From contig CP154954.1 in NCBI GenBank assembly GCA_039621445.1, positions 4,330,714 to 4,394,713 of the forward strand: 64,000 nt of DNA, read 5' to 3'. Shown one piece after another: positions 1 to 12,732 of the stretch. Made by a program: the position numbers and the translations under genes. Within the stretch, counting starts at the first letter, position 1. Each line of letters starts with the position of its first letter. Origin of the DNA: Euglena gracilis. Lineage: Eukaryota. The notes under the pieces were generated by a model. It was not told where the DNA came from, did no database searches, and worked only from the letters and a program-made list of their open reading frames with translations.

Positions 1-2720
1 CATGTGCGCATTCTTGTGCCTCGTGCAACCTTGGACAGGAGCCATTTTGTATCGTTTGTGAGGGTTGTTTGGAGGGTGCTCTGTGGCAAAAAAAAGGGGG
101 TTGGAGCGGGGTTCCGCTCCGGAGCTTTAGGAACCAGTGGCGCACAGGAAACGCGTACAAACCAGTCCCCCCCCCTCCATACCCAGCACCCCATCCCAAC
201 CGTCAGACCTAAACACAGGTGGTCCCACATGGTGATGTGCTGTGGTGCCTTTGAGAAGGCGCAGAGCGGACACCGTGCACGCTGGAGGGATGCTATGCCT
301 GCATGTGTTTTGGAGGGGTGAAATGCACCAAGCCCTCCTTTACAAACACCTGGCATATGTTTAAAAACACCGTCACCCACCACTCTCTGAAATCATACAA
401 ACCACACAATTAACTGCACACCATCGCCCCCTCGTGCGCTGCTTCCAACGCAGGTCACAGAACCTCCCCTCCACTCTAATCATAGAGATGACGGTACCTC
501 CTTCCTACAACCACCCCCGGGAGCCACAATAACCGCCCAAATCTTCAGGAAAGGGCGCTGATGAAGATGGGGTGAATGCGACTGCGCATTCACTGGCACC
601 ACAAAAAGGAAGGGACAGCAACAGGTACAACGGCTTCAACTGACCAAGATTCTTCCTTGTGAAACAGCGTTTGTGTCGCACCCACTTCGCCAGACGGGGT
701 TTTCCCCTCGGTCGGCAGAGGTGGTAAACCATCATTTTCAAACCGAAAAAAGTCGGTTTACCCAGGAAAAAACCCCGGGGATCGAAAGCAGTGGTACCCA
801 TTTTCGTACTACGGGTTTCAGTTGGCAGGTGCGCTGCCCCGTCAAGTGATGGCAACACACTTGGTCAAGATCGCGCAAATGCGCAAAAAACCACCAAAAG
901 TGAAAAGTGCATTCCCGGCCGTCTAAGGTGCACCTTAGCAATTTGCAAAAGCCCTGCCAACTTGGATGGCCAACTGGCCGTGATGGGATTGCAAGAGCTT
1001 CAGCAGCCCCAGACCACTGTGCAAATATGGTCCCCTACACGGCTCCTAATAGCTCCATGGTTCATTCCAAATTTGGTGTTCTGGCCACTGGTCGGCTTTA
1101 GCCGGCATATGATGGGACAGAGGTTGAGGAGGGTATGTCAAAACAAAGCAATCATGATTCAACACTGATATTTGTGTACATTCACATACATTTTTTGGCC
1201 GTCAGGGCTCAGGGAATATTGTCACAGAATATGTCAAACTTTTAACTCCTTTTGTCACACAATGTTTTGAATATTCGATAAATTCAATTACTATGACTTT
1301 TTGATGTCTTCAGCCACATAGAAAACCTGAGCCCCCCAGGGAATTTATTAAATCGGATCGCTCAATACCCCCCCACCGAGGGTCCAGCAAGCCAACATCG
1401 TTTTTTCGGCCAACACCTGCCATTTGGAGTTAATTGAATGGAGGACCCCTCGGGGGCACTTTTCTTCCAGCTTCAATGACAGCAGAATCAACTGCAATAC
1501 AGCATTTTCATGGAATTTCTGGAAAATATATGTCGGAAAGAAGATGCATTTCATTCAATTAAGAAAATACATTGTCTTCAAATGCTTTCTTCTCTTCAAC
1601 AGTCAATTTATCTCCAAAGGGCCAGTTTTAGACCTATTTTGGCATTTTGCCATTTTGCCATGGTGAGCCATTTTTTCCTGCAACTTTCAAGTAGTTTTGG
1701 CCATTTGAATTTAAAACCAATTTAACCGTTTTGAGCCATCATTCGAAACTTACTCCATCTGATCAATGGCGCGCAATGTTGGTGTTCCTGTTTTCCCACC
1801 CTTTTACCACTCTGTTACCACTCTATTACCACTCTATCACCACCAGGAAATGGCTTCAACCGGCACTGTCTTGAGGGTTCACAAATCACACGCAAATGGC
1901 ACCAACCAAGGCTCTAGACAAAAAGGAGCTGGGAGAGGTGCAGGTGCTGGCTGGACCCCCCACAAATTGGTTCCCCTCCAGCTTAAGGCAACCCCTGCTT
2001 CAAGCACAGAAAAAATCACTTTCTACATAACTCTCAGACAAATTGAGTTTTGTTGGCCATATCGCCTTGATTTTTTTTTGGGTTTCTGAATGCAGTTGGT
2101 CACAATGGAAGAAGACGGAGACCCCAATGCCTGCATTTTTTTCAATCATCTGTTTCTCTTTGGATTATTCTCATGACATCTTCGTGACACTTAACACATT
2201 GTCTGTGGAAATTGCATCGCCCTGTAGAGGCTCTTCCTGATCAACAATGCCATTGTTTTATCTTCATAGGTCTTCAGCAAAACTTTAGACGGTTTCGAAA
2301 CACAGCAGGCGCTCATTTCCTTCACAACATTCACTTGCAGTGTGAGCAAGACAGAAACCAGAGAATGAGGAGAGGGAGAGTGCTCGCACCAAAAGGGCAG
2401 GGTTGAAAAGAACAGGGGAGAAAAGCTTCACAACCTCACTAACTCGGCCGACAAAATTCGGGACGCTTCGGCAACACGTGCATCACATGTTTCGCGGCAC
2501 GGCGTGCACCGCATGGTGCCGCAAGTGCACCATGTGCGGCACTCTGTGCCACCATATCTGCAACCACCACACAAGGTAAAAAGAACTGGCTAAATTAGGA
2601 TCGAAATTGAAATGCTGTCAAACTTGCATAACAGTTGCCATAAAATGACCAACAGTAGCACGAAAAATGGTTCAAATGGGAAACGACTCCAAATAAAGCA
2701 AAAAAAAAGCCAAAATTGTA

Positions 2721-2978
2721 CCCCCCCCCCTAGTCGTATGACCGGGTTCCTGCAACCTGTGACCGGGGGGGGAGGGGTCATAACACCCCCATAACCTGCA
2801 ACCTGTGACCGGGGGGTGGTCGTAAATGAGGTGGCGGTCATAGGTAAGGTGGTGTTAAATTTTTCGCAACCTGCAACCTGTGACCGGGGGGGGGGGTCAT
2901 AACACCCCCATGACCTGCAAACTGTGACCGGGGGGTGGTCATAAATGAGGGGTGGTCGTACGACTAGGGGGGGGGGGG
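2721..2978. mobile_element. MITE with TA flanks (Tc1/mariner-like) and internal tandem repeats
   Basis: TA-CCCCCCCCCCTAGTCGTA ... TACGACTAGGGGGGGGGGGG-TA; internal repeats of ACCTGCAACCTGTGACCGGGGG. Confidence 0.75.
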
Positions 2979-4018
2979 TACAAAGTAGCCGAAGATGGAG
3001 AAAGACAAAAGTGGCCAAAGGTTGCCAAAATGCAAAAAAAATGTTGGAAATGAGTGAAACTTCCCACATGGTGCACACGCTGCGCCATGTGGTGCACACG
3101 TTGATGACGTGGTCCACGGGGTGTGGCAGCATCCCCCCCGGTCGGCCCTGTTTGTAACCCTGCCTACGGGGATCTGTGAAGTCGGTCCTGGTTGGCCCAG
3201 GTGTGCACTGGTCGGGCCGACTCGCCTAAACCCCAACGACCACAACAACAAAACTTCAGGAGTGAAATCTCCAGGGGAAAAAAGGACAAAAAACACGGGA
3301 AAAAATTGCTGATTGTCGGCCTATGTATTGATTTTCTGGAAATCAATCACTGCAAAAACATGGTCGCTGACCCTGCGAGTTTTCTGTCTTGTATTTGAAA
3401 ATTGTATGCAATCCAATGCAAGCACAAAAAGCATATTCATCCAGGGAAGGTTGACGCCACCCCAACCTTCGGCTAAACGCGGCAATCGCCTGCACGCCAT
3501 CCGAGCCGCTCTGGAGCCCGTACACTCAACCCGCACATCGGAACCGCAGGGCAGCAACAGAGAGGAGAGCATTTTGTTGGGAGGATGGCTTGCCTGGGAA
3601 AAGGTGGGGGTGGGGGCGGATGGAATGTTGCAAATGCCGTGCAAGTCTGGGATGAGGTTAAATGCCCCGCCCCCCATTGCGGTTGTGTTGGCCACAACAA
3701 ACCAAGGGGGAAATTTCAGGACACCGATGTAGACACCAATGGCCTGAGGGGGCCAACGGGCAAACCAGCTGAAAACGCCTAAAAAAGGGGCTTCGCTGTT
3801 AGGGGGGCCAATGAGCCACCCAGATGAAAATGCCTGTTGTTGAAGGCCAGCAACCAGGTCGGGGGAGTAACCAAAAGAAAAGACAGACTAATGACAAAAC
3901 AACTGAACCATGACGTTGCTTGATGACCCCAGAGTGGGGTCGAGCTCAGGGGCTGGAAAATCTGGGCTGGCTGGAAACAGGCCGCTCGCTGGCTGACCAT
4001 CCCCATATGGGTCATGGG

Positions 4019-4477
4019 CAGGGGTTTTCAGAAGGACCCCCAGGGGTCCAGCCTCCGGCTGGCAAAAAGGCTGCTGGCTGGAAATGAGCTGCTGGCTGGA
4101 CCCCCCCCCCCGGGGTATAGGGGGGGAGGGGGGGTCCGGGGCTGGAGGGGGCTGGGCTCGGCTGGGTCGATGAAAAACAAAATTTGCTCAAACATTTTTG
4201 CCTTCTCGACATTTTGATGGATGGGGCTAGGTCAAGGCTGGGGGGCTGTGATGGAGGAAGCTGTGATGGGGGGAAAAAATGCAGGGACAGGTGAGCTGGG
4301 CAGCCCAGTTGGCTGACCAGTCTGCGGCCGGCTGGCCCGGCCTCCGACCGGGCTGGACCCAACTTTATTTCACTCAACCCCCCCGGGGGGGGGGGGGCTG
4401 CTGGCTGGATTTGGGCTGCTGGCTGGCTGGACCACCAGCGGGGGGATAGGGTACCCTCCGGCTTAAGAAAACCCCTG
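4019..4477. mobile_element. hAT-like MITE (family A)
   Basis: TIR CAGGGGTTTTC.. / ..GAAAACCCCTG; TSD GTCATGGG/ATCATGGG; paralog at 38782-39233. Confidence 0.85.
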
Positions 4478-6798
4478 ATCATGGGCTGGAGCTGGGGCCG
4501 ACCCGGGGTCGAACCGGGTACCGAAAACACCGAAATTGCAAAAAATGATCAAAAAACAGCCAATTGCGCAAAAAATACACTCTTTGACTCCTAAAATGTC
4601 CTGCACAGGTTGTTTTCGACCCACGACCTTCGGACGGCAGGAAATAACTAAATCTCGTTGACGGGGTGGAGCGGTGTCCGGGGCTGGAAACTGGAAAAAG
4701 GCTGCTGGCTGGGAAAAGGCTGCTGGCTGGCTGGACCCCCAGGAAGTGGGGTCAAATTTTTAAACAACTCACAGAACTGAATGCTAACTATAAAAAAACT
4801 GAATACTAATTTAAAAAACTGAACTAGAAGTTGTCATATTGCCAGGATCAAAAAAAATGCATTGCCAGAATACACAAAATACACAAAAAAACCAAGCAAA
4901 TATGATGAAACAAAAATAAATTTTGCTTTGTGAAGCACACAACAATGCTCCCCAGCTCCCATGAGCACAGCAGCCATCTCAAATAAAAATTGCCCCCACA
5001 AACCTGCCACTTCTCCTATCGAATGATGAGCTTTTGACAGCAACAATTACATGACCGAGCAGATCCAAATAACGCCGGAAATGGACCGCTGAAAAAAAAA
5101 ACAGAAAAGAAGAGAAACCGAAGAGAAAACCAGCAATATGTCAAAAACAACGTTCCCTTATTTCCCAAATCAAACAAATTGCACGACACAGTGGTGCAAT
5201 CACACGCTACTCATCAGTGTTTCTCAGCTGGCGGGCACCGACTGGCACGATGGGTGCACAGGATGGAGGTATATACCTCGGATGGTGGCATGAGGTTGGC
5301 CATAAGCTACAAAGGTGCTTGCGCACCAGCGAGGCAGGAGGGGACGTCGATCGAGTTGAGGGCCGCAAATCAGAAGAGCCTTGTGTTGATGCCGTGTGTC
5401 AATCGTGGACGTTGAGGCGGTGTGTCTTTGACAGGCAATTGCGTCCTTCTGAAAGGTGGATGGCGGGGCGTACTCATTCCACGTTGGTTTGCACCTTCAG
5501 ATTTTTTTTCATGGTGATGAGAAATAATATAATGACTTCAGTTAATCATTTCCAACCACGAAGGTGTTCTGCTGGGGCGAAAAGAACAGGTCTGGGACCA
5601 AACAAAATGGTGACTTTGAATGACAACGGAAATTTTGAATGTTCTGATGAACAGACAAAGAGGAGGGAAGATGTGCACACCTCAAGGGACATTGAAGGGG
5701 TTTTCAGCGCTAGCGGAAAGAGGTTGGCAGAGCGTTCCTGGGGTCAGCTGCGGAAACAATCCAAACGATCATGCTGCACCAACACTACACGAAACCAAAA
5801 CTACACGACCACAGCTTTCATCCCACAGAAATGCCCGCAGGACGGTTTAAAATTGAACAAAAATTGGAGCTCAGCTGCCTAAAAATTCAATGAAAAATAA
5901 TACCTCCCCAAACACCGAATCACGAACACAACCGATTCAGAGCGCTAACAGGGAACAGGAAACAATGCATCGGCAAACATGCTGCATTGGTAAAAAAAAA
6001 AAAGAAATTGTCCAGGTACACCAAATGTTACCAAACTGACCGACACCCATATGCAATGCGGAAAAAAATATGGGAGGCAAAACTATAAGAAACCATTTCC
6101 ATTTTTCGTGTCACAATTTTTGGGTGTATTCAAAAGACCTACTCTCATGGGGAATCAAATTTGAGAAACAAATAAACTTCGTTTGATTTCAGCATCTTTT
6201 CGAACTGAAAGGGAGAGATCAAATGAGACATTTTTTACCATTTTTTGAACTTTGGGTTATTTATTTTGCCGAAAAAAAAACATTCAAATGAAAAACAGTG
6301 TCATCAATTTCATTTTGCCTAAAAGGTTGATTTTGTTTAAATGCGGTTTTCCTCGTTTTTTTTTAAATCAATATTCCCATAATTTTTTGTCCACCATTTT
6401 CTGCGCCGCAAGCAACCCCAAATCTCAACAATCACCAAAATATGCGCAAAAATGTCAGACATCGAAGCAAAACAAGCACAAGCATGCATTGCAAGAACTT
6501 ATTGGCATTTTCTTTGAAAATATTGCATTCACACTTTATAACAGCCCAGGTGTTCAGGATTGTATGGGAATCTCAGGGGGGGGGGGTGCCCCCTTCCAAA
6601 ACTAGGGGTGGGGGGCACCCCCCTTCCAACCTTTCAGTTTTTCAGCCGCCGAACTACTCGCGGTGAGTGCAAAATTTCATATTGAGACTCAAGAAAACCC
6701 TAAATTACAAACCGAAGCGTCGGAAGATTTTTTTTGCCCCCGCAGAAGAGGAGGGTGGGTGGACCGCTTCAGGGGAGGGGGCCAGGGACCAGGATAAC

Positions 6799-7646
6799 GC
6801 TGAGCTCATGGGACTTGAACGTAATGTAAATTTCACATAATTTATGATTTACACATTACACACCTGCAATTTACGGTAACTCACAATAATTTTTGAAATG
6901 TTAAAAGCTCAGCGACCCCCCCCCCAAACCCTCCTACCCCTTTTCTTGTATTTTTCGACTTTTTTCGACCCGAAAATGATCCAAAATGCAAGGGATTCGG
7001 ACCAAAAAAAGGGGCGCTGGGGGGGGGTCGAAAAAATGCTTTTCCGCATTTTCGGCTCGAAAACAGCTTTTCCGGAACCAACAGGCCAAACCATATCATT
7101 TCAGGCAATTTTATTCCAATTTTTTTCGACCCTTTTCGACCCTTTTAACCCAAAAATGGCCGAAAAAGGAACAAAGCTGTGCAAAATGGCCAAAATTGGC
7201 CGAAAAATGGCTGTAACTCGGGCTAGTTTTCGAATCACCTCCATTTGACCTCAACTCCCCACCAGGCCGAGCTTTCACCCGCGAAGGAATCCAAACTGAG
7301 TGGGATTGACCAACCCACGCTCTTCCAACTCTGCCATTTCGGTCCAAACATTGGTCAAAAAATCGATTTTTCAAAAATATCTCGAGAAAACATACATATA
7401 TTTCCGGAAATGTCAGAAAGTAGACCGTTTTCCTTGAAAATAGGCAGTTTTTGGAGCCTTTCGGCACCCTATTTTTGTGCCCCAGGTTGTGGTAGGCACC
7501 CAACTAAATATAACATGGTCACAACATTTCAAAAATTACTGTAGGTAAGCATAAATTGCAGGTGTGCAATTTGTGAATTATAAATTACGCGAAATTTGTA
7601 GTCTTTTCGGCCGTCCAGTACGTGCAAGTCCCATTAAGAGCTCAGC
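6799..7646. mobile_element. TIR element with a nested second TIR element (~6880-7544)
   Basis: Outer TIR GCTGAGCTCATGGGACTTGAACGTA / TACGTGCAAGTCCCATTAAGAGCTCAGC; inner TIR CTCACAATAATTTTTGAAATGTT / AACATTTCAAAAATTACTGTAG. Confidence 0.7.
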
Positions 7647-8814
7647 ACCATTCAAAACCGCATTTGCCGTTCTTTTGAAACAAAAAAATTCTGAAACAGA
7701 CGAGTGTACAGACTAATGGTGGGCATATAAGCCCTTCAGCTGGTGGCATGCGCTGGAAAGCCAGAGTGCAGTCCAATTGGGTCGTCGATATCGAATTGCA
7801 AGTGGTGGGCAATCAGATGAGCACTTTGACAGGTTAGAGCCTTGGGTACAATTAAATTTGTGCAGCCTTTGGAGGCTTTGGCAAGGGGAGCCTGAGCAGA
7901 CATACACTTAGTGTGTTCACAAGGATGCTGGTGAACACATTTTTTTTTGGTGGACACAGGTGAACACAAAAAAATTTGGTGAACACAATAAAAAAAAACC
8001 TCAAAGATCGTTTGGCCCTAAACTTGAGCTGGCCGGACTTTTTTTCGGCCCATTTTGCAACCCCGAAAGCCAAAAATGCGTTACCGTCTAGCCGCCCTTC
8101 GGGCGGAGGCAAAAAAAAAAGTCAAAAGGCAAAGCTTTGCCGGCGGGGGGGGGGTTAACCTGGGGGCGGGGGTCCCACTTCCTTCGCCCCCCGGCTTCAT
8201 ATTTGGGCGGGAATTGAAGACCCTCAGAGGGTTTTATATTTGGGAAGGATATATATTTGGGGTGATCAAATTATTAAATGTGGCTTCTGTGACCTTCGGC
8301 GGCCTTCAATTGTGGCCGAACGCCGATTTTGTGTCAAATTTTCGGTGTTTTCTTCCTTATTCCCCCAAAAGTGTGCAATTATTGTGCAGATTGGGAACTG
8401 CGCATTGGGCAAAGCCCCCAAGAGGGAGGGTCCTGAAGTCAGGGGCAGGAGAGGAAAGGAGGAAGGGAGGCAAGAGTCCACGGAGGGGGTAAGGTGATAA
8501 GAAGCAGGCAAATTTTAGGCGTAAGGCAGCCACAGGTTAATACAGAAACAGTTTGAATGTGTGATTCTTGCCCACTCCCACTTTCTCCACTTACTCACCC
8601 ACCCACCCACCCACCCACTCACCCACACACCCACTTACTCACTTACTCACTCACACAAACACACACACACACACACATTATCTCTCCTTCTCTTCTGGAT
8701 CGGTGTTGCTGGGGAGAACTCCTTGGGGGGAACTCCTTGCCGACCCGAGAGTGTGTGCTTGTGGGGGAAATGTGTTGTCAGTCGGTGTGGGTGCGTGTGT
8801 TGTCAGTCTGTGTT

Positions 8815-8887
8815 GCGGTTTCGCCCCAGGCTGGCAGGTGGGGCATCGTCACGGGTGACGACCCTGCCAACCCTCGTCCCCGACCGC
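8815..8887 (-). ncRNA. Type III hammerhead ribozyme-like motif, copy 1 (C3G core variant)
   Basis: Minus strand: GCGG-UC / stem I GGGGACGA..UCGUCACCC / GUGACGAU / stem II GCCCCA..UGGGGC / GAAA-CCGC. Predicted cleavage between 8882 and 8881. Confidence 0.75.
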
Positions 8888-9322
8888 TCTTGTCTGGTGC
8901 AGACGGTTAAAAACGAGCTCTACGTCACCCTCCCGGGGGTGGGGGAGGGGGGTGGGGGGCTGAAAAAACCGGCCCCCAAAAACAAGGCAGCGCAGGACGG
9001 AAAAATGGCTCCGCCACCTACGGGACAGCACCCTTTGGGCTTTGGGGAGGGCGAGACAAGGCCCTTTCGGTGTGGAAAGCGGCAAAAATTGCCAAAAAAA
9101 ATACGGAACACACCCGAAGGCTTGGGGTGCGAGTACCCAAATTAAGCAGCCGGTCCTGGGGTCGCAGCACCAACCCCGGGGGGAGGGGGTGGCCTGAGCC
9201 GTCGGTTGCTCAGCAGAACCGTCGCGGGTTTAGCCCACAAAATGGGGCGCTGGGGGCATTGGGGTGCGAAACAACCGCGCCATGCAATTCTGGGAAAAAT
9301 GCCATGGAAAGCTCCATGGGAC

Positions 9323-9570
9323 CAGGGGTTTTTTTAAGACCGGGGGGGGGGAGGGGGGGTGGGGGGGCCCCGGGGGGGGAGGGGGTCCCGGGGGACCCAC
9401 AAAAAATGGCCGAAAAATCGCGAAAAGTGCCAAAAATAGAATTTTTTCGGCGCCTGCGGCGCCGAAAAGTATATCCCACCCCCCTGCGGGGGGGGGGGGG
9501 GGGCTCGGCCGGACCCCCCCACCCTACCCCCCCCTCCCCCCCCGGGGGTCCAAACTTAAAAAAATCCCTG
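9323..9570. mobile_element. hAT-like MITE inside the retrozyme-like spacer
   Basis: TIR CAGGGGTTTTTTTAAG / CTTAAAAAAATCCCTG; TSD CATGGGAC/CGTGGGAC. Confidence 0.85.
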
Positions 9571-9722
9571 CGTGGGACGCAGGGTCACTGCGTAAATCTC
9601 TCTTCTGGATCGGTGTTGCTGGGGGAACTCCTTGGGGGGAACTCCTCGCCGACCCGAGAGTGTGAGCTTGTGGGGAAGTGTGTTGTCAGTCGGTGTGGGT
9701 GCGTGTGCTGTCAGTCCGTGTT

Positions 9723-9795
9723 GCGGCTTCACCCCAGGCTGGCAGGTGGGGCATCGTCAGGGGTGACGACCCTGCCAACCCTCGTCCCCGACCGC
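9723..9795 (-). ncRNA. Type III hammerhead ribozyme-like motif, copy 2 (A15.1G variant)
   Basis: Minus strand: GCGG-UC / stem I / CUGACGAU / GCCCCA..UGGGGU / GAAG-CCGC. Predicted cleavage between 9790 and 9789. Confidence 0.75.
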
Positions 9796-9874
9796 TCTTG
9801 TTTGTTGGTTGCAGACCGTTACAAAAGAGCTCTGCGTCACCCTCCCGGGGGTGGGGGAGGGGGAGGCTGAAAAA

Positions 9875-10178
<304 letters not shown>

Positions 10179-12402
10179 TTTCAGAATTTTCATGCCATTG
10201 GCTGGCACTTTTCTTCCAGTTATTCCGTTTTATGAGGGTTTATTCCGGTTTTCGCTATTCCGGTATATTCCGGTTTATTACGGACCGGAATATCTCCCTG
10301 CCCCTGATTTCACTTTCCTTGCACCAAAAAATCAATGCACATTTCTCATAAAAACAATTTTGCAGTATTTTGCGGCATTTTCCAGGACTTTGTGAAAACT
10401 GCATGACTTTGCAGAATTTTGCAAAAAAAAGAAATCATTTTCTGAAAGATGGTGCAGGTGCTGGTGAAATGCTTATTTGGCATTGTTAGCCACTTTTTTA
10501 AACGAAAGAGGGTGGCAGAGAGCAAAGTGCGTGGAGAGCAATTATCACCCCCTTGACATGCATAATTGTTTTTGGGGGGTTGTGTGCGATTATTCATGAC
10601 TACTCGGTAATTTGTGATTTTGTATATTCCCAAATTTGTGCTGGTTCGTGATTATTCGTGATTACTCTGGCATAATTTGTGGAAATCTCAGGTACCTAAC
10701 TCATAAGAATACACATCTTCAATTGATTTTTTTTTCGGCTGAGGTCCAACAACTTTCATATTTTTTATTGTCTTCTTCCCCCGCACTTCTTGTTTATATT
10801 TGTTTTGATTTGTTTTGTTATATTCGCTCTCTGTGCTCATGCCATCTTCTGATTCTGGTGTGCAACAATCTGTGTCCCAAAGAACGAAACTGCAGAAAGT
10901 TGGGAGTAAGAAAACACAGCCGTCCAAACCTTCAAAGCTTCAGTTGCAAAAAGAGAAAAAGACAACATCGTTGTCCAAAAGAAAAAGCCCAATTCGTGAA
11001 ATTTCGTGACTTTCGTACCTGTCACCTAACAAATCCCCCCCTTGTCCTTGATACTCCAAAGAATGGGGAAAATGCAGTTGACACGGAGGGGGGGGGTGTC
11101 ATGGACACGCTGTGTCATGTGGACTGTACCATAAAAAAAGCATTTTTGTGTCATAGACCACCTATGTCAAGGTCAAGGGATTTCGACCTGGGAATCAGAA
11201 ACGGTGGCCGCCTTCGCGGAGGGGCACACTCCGTTACAACAAAGGCTGAAACAGGTGTTCTGTACAGGGCGCACGTATGGAAGGACCTGAGCCAGATGAC
11301 GCTCTGCAGAAACAAAACGTTAAAAGAAGGGGTTGAATACAAGAGAAAATGTGGCATGGATGATTTGTACATGCATATTTGAATTGATGGGTTGGCATAT
11401 GTTGCAAACTGGCAAACGGGAAAAAAAAGTGGTGGGGTATTGAATGGGTTAAATGCTTTTTTTCTTCCTGCGAGTGTGGAAGGAGGAAATATGAAATAAA
11501 ATCGAACCAGTGCCCCTGTGGTGGACATTTTAGATCCTCATTGATTACGCAGGCTGCTGGGACACCGAGCAATGTTGTCCTGAATAACACAAAATATCTG
11601 GTGCCTAAAGGTACATGCAGATCATCTGACTTCCATCCCTGAAAGCAGCACTGCTGGCAAAAACGATCATTATGAATTAAACAATCATCTACCTTGTAAA
11701 TAAATTCGCCAGAAATCCTGGGCCAGGGGGGTGGGGTATTTGGGAGGTTACAGCTCGGAAATTATTGTGAGATTTTGGGGCGAAAATTAAAAAATAAACA
11801 GCGAAAATTTTTCTTCCGGCGTGATGGGAAATGCATAAAAAAAATTCCTTCACCCTTTTCACGCTCATTTTAAGCATGGTGCCCACTTTGTGATGCTTGG
11901 GTATTTTCCACATGAAACTGTTTTCATTGCCCAGCGCAGCAAAGCCAAAAACTGGTCAGTGAAGGTCGCAACAAATCCAAAAATCCCCTCCTTTGGTGTT
12001 GTCAGGGGGAGATGTATTCCTCAGATCCTAAAAATGGCAGGTGAAATTTATTTGAGACAATCTTTCACACAACGAATTGAATTTGTCCTTTTTAAGGCAG
12101 GGACATCTGCGGGGTCAATCAGACGAACTGTTCAGTTGTGGTGACGCACAATGGACCAGGGACACTTCGCAATTGAGCCAATGAAAACATTCAGAGAAAT
12201 CAGCTGTCTGTTAAATTGATGTGCTGTGATTCCCCGCGGTAGAATACACTAAAGCAGGGCAAAGCAGTGAAGCCAAGAAATGGCGAAGGGCAAGGGACGA
12301 AACTCGATACCATTTCTGACCCCATCTGTGAATTATCAGTCTAAATGAAAAATAAATTATTGACAATACAAAAAAATACAAAAAGGTGAGGGGCGTCAGG
12401 TT

Positions 12403-12732
12403 CAGGCTTTTGCTTAAGGACCCTGGGGGGGTACTGGCTAGCCAATCGGCTACCAACTGTAAAAAAAAAATTCCTCCGGCGCTGCGCGCCGAGGTGGAAA
12501 TGAGGTTTTTAATAGGTTTTTGGCTGATTTTGTTTCAAAAATTCCCAAAAATGGCCAAAAACGGGCATTTTTTGCCATTTTTGGGGGTCCAAAAAAATTT
12601 CCATTAGCTAGCCCTGCTGGCAGACCCTCCCCACGGGGGGTCTGCTAGAAATCCCACTAGCCAAATTTGGACTAGCTGCAGTCCAGCCCCCCCCCCCCCC
12701 GGGGGTACTGCAATCCCTTAAGCAGAAGCCTG
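12403..12732. mobile_element. hAT-like MITE (family B)
   Basis: TIR CAGGCTTTTGCTTAAGG / CCTTAAGCAGAAGCCTG; perfect 8-bp TSD GTCAGGTT. Confidence 0.9.

Larger units (their letters stand above)
8689..9874 (-). mobile_element. Retrozyme-like element: two ~280-bp direct repeats (8689-8968, 9599-9874), each with a hammerhead motif
   Basis: Highly similar direct repeats ~908 bp apart with a non-coding spacer, flanked by (CA)n and (GA)n microsatellites. Confidence 0.6.

Noticed and set aside
3400-5880. Possible exons at 3.4-3.7 kb and 5.2-5.5 kb
   Set aside because: Moderately GC-rich but no recognisable motif or consistent splice phases, so not supportable.
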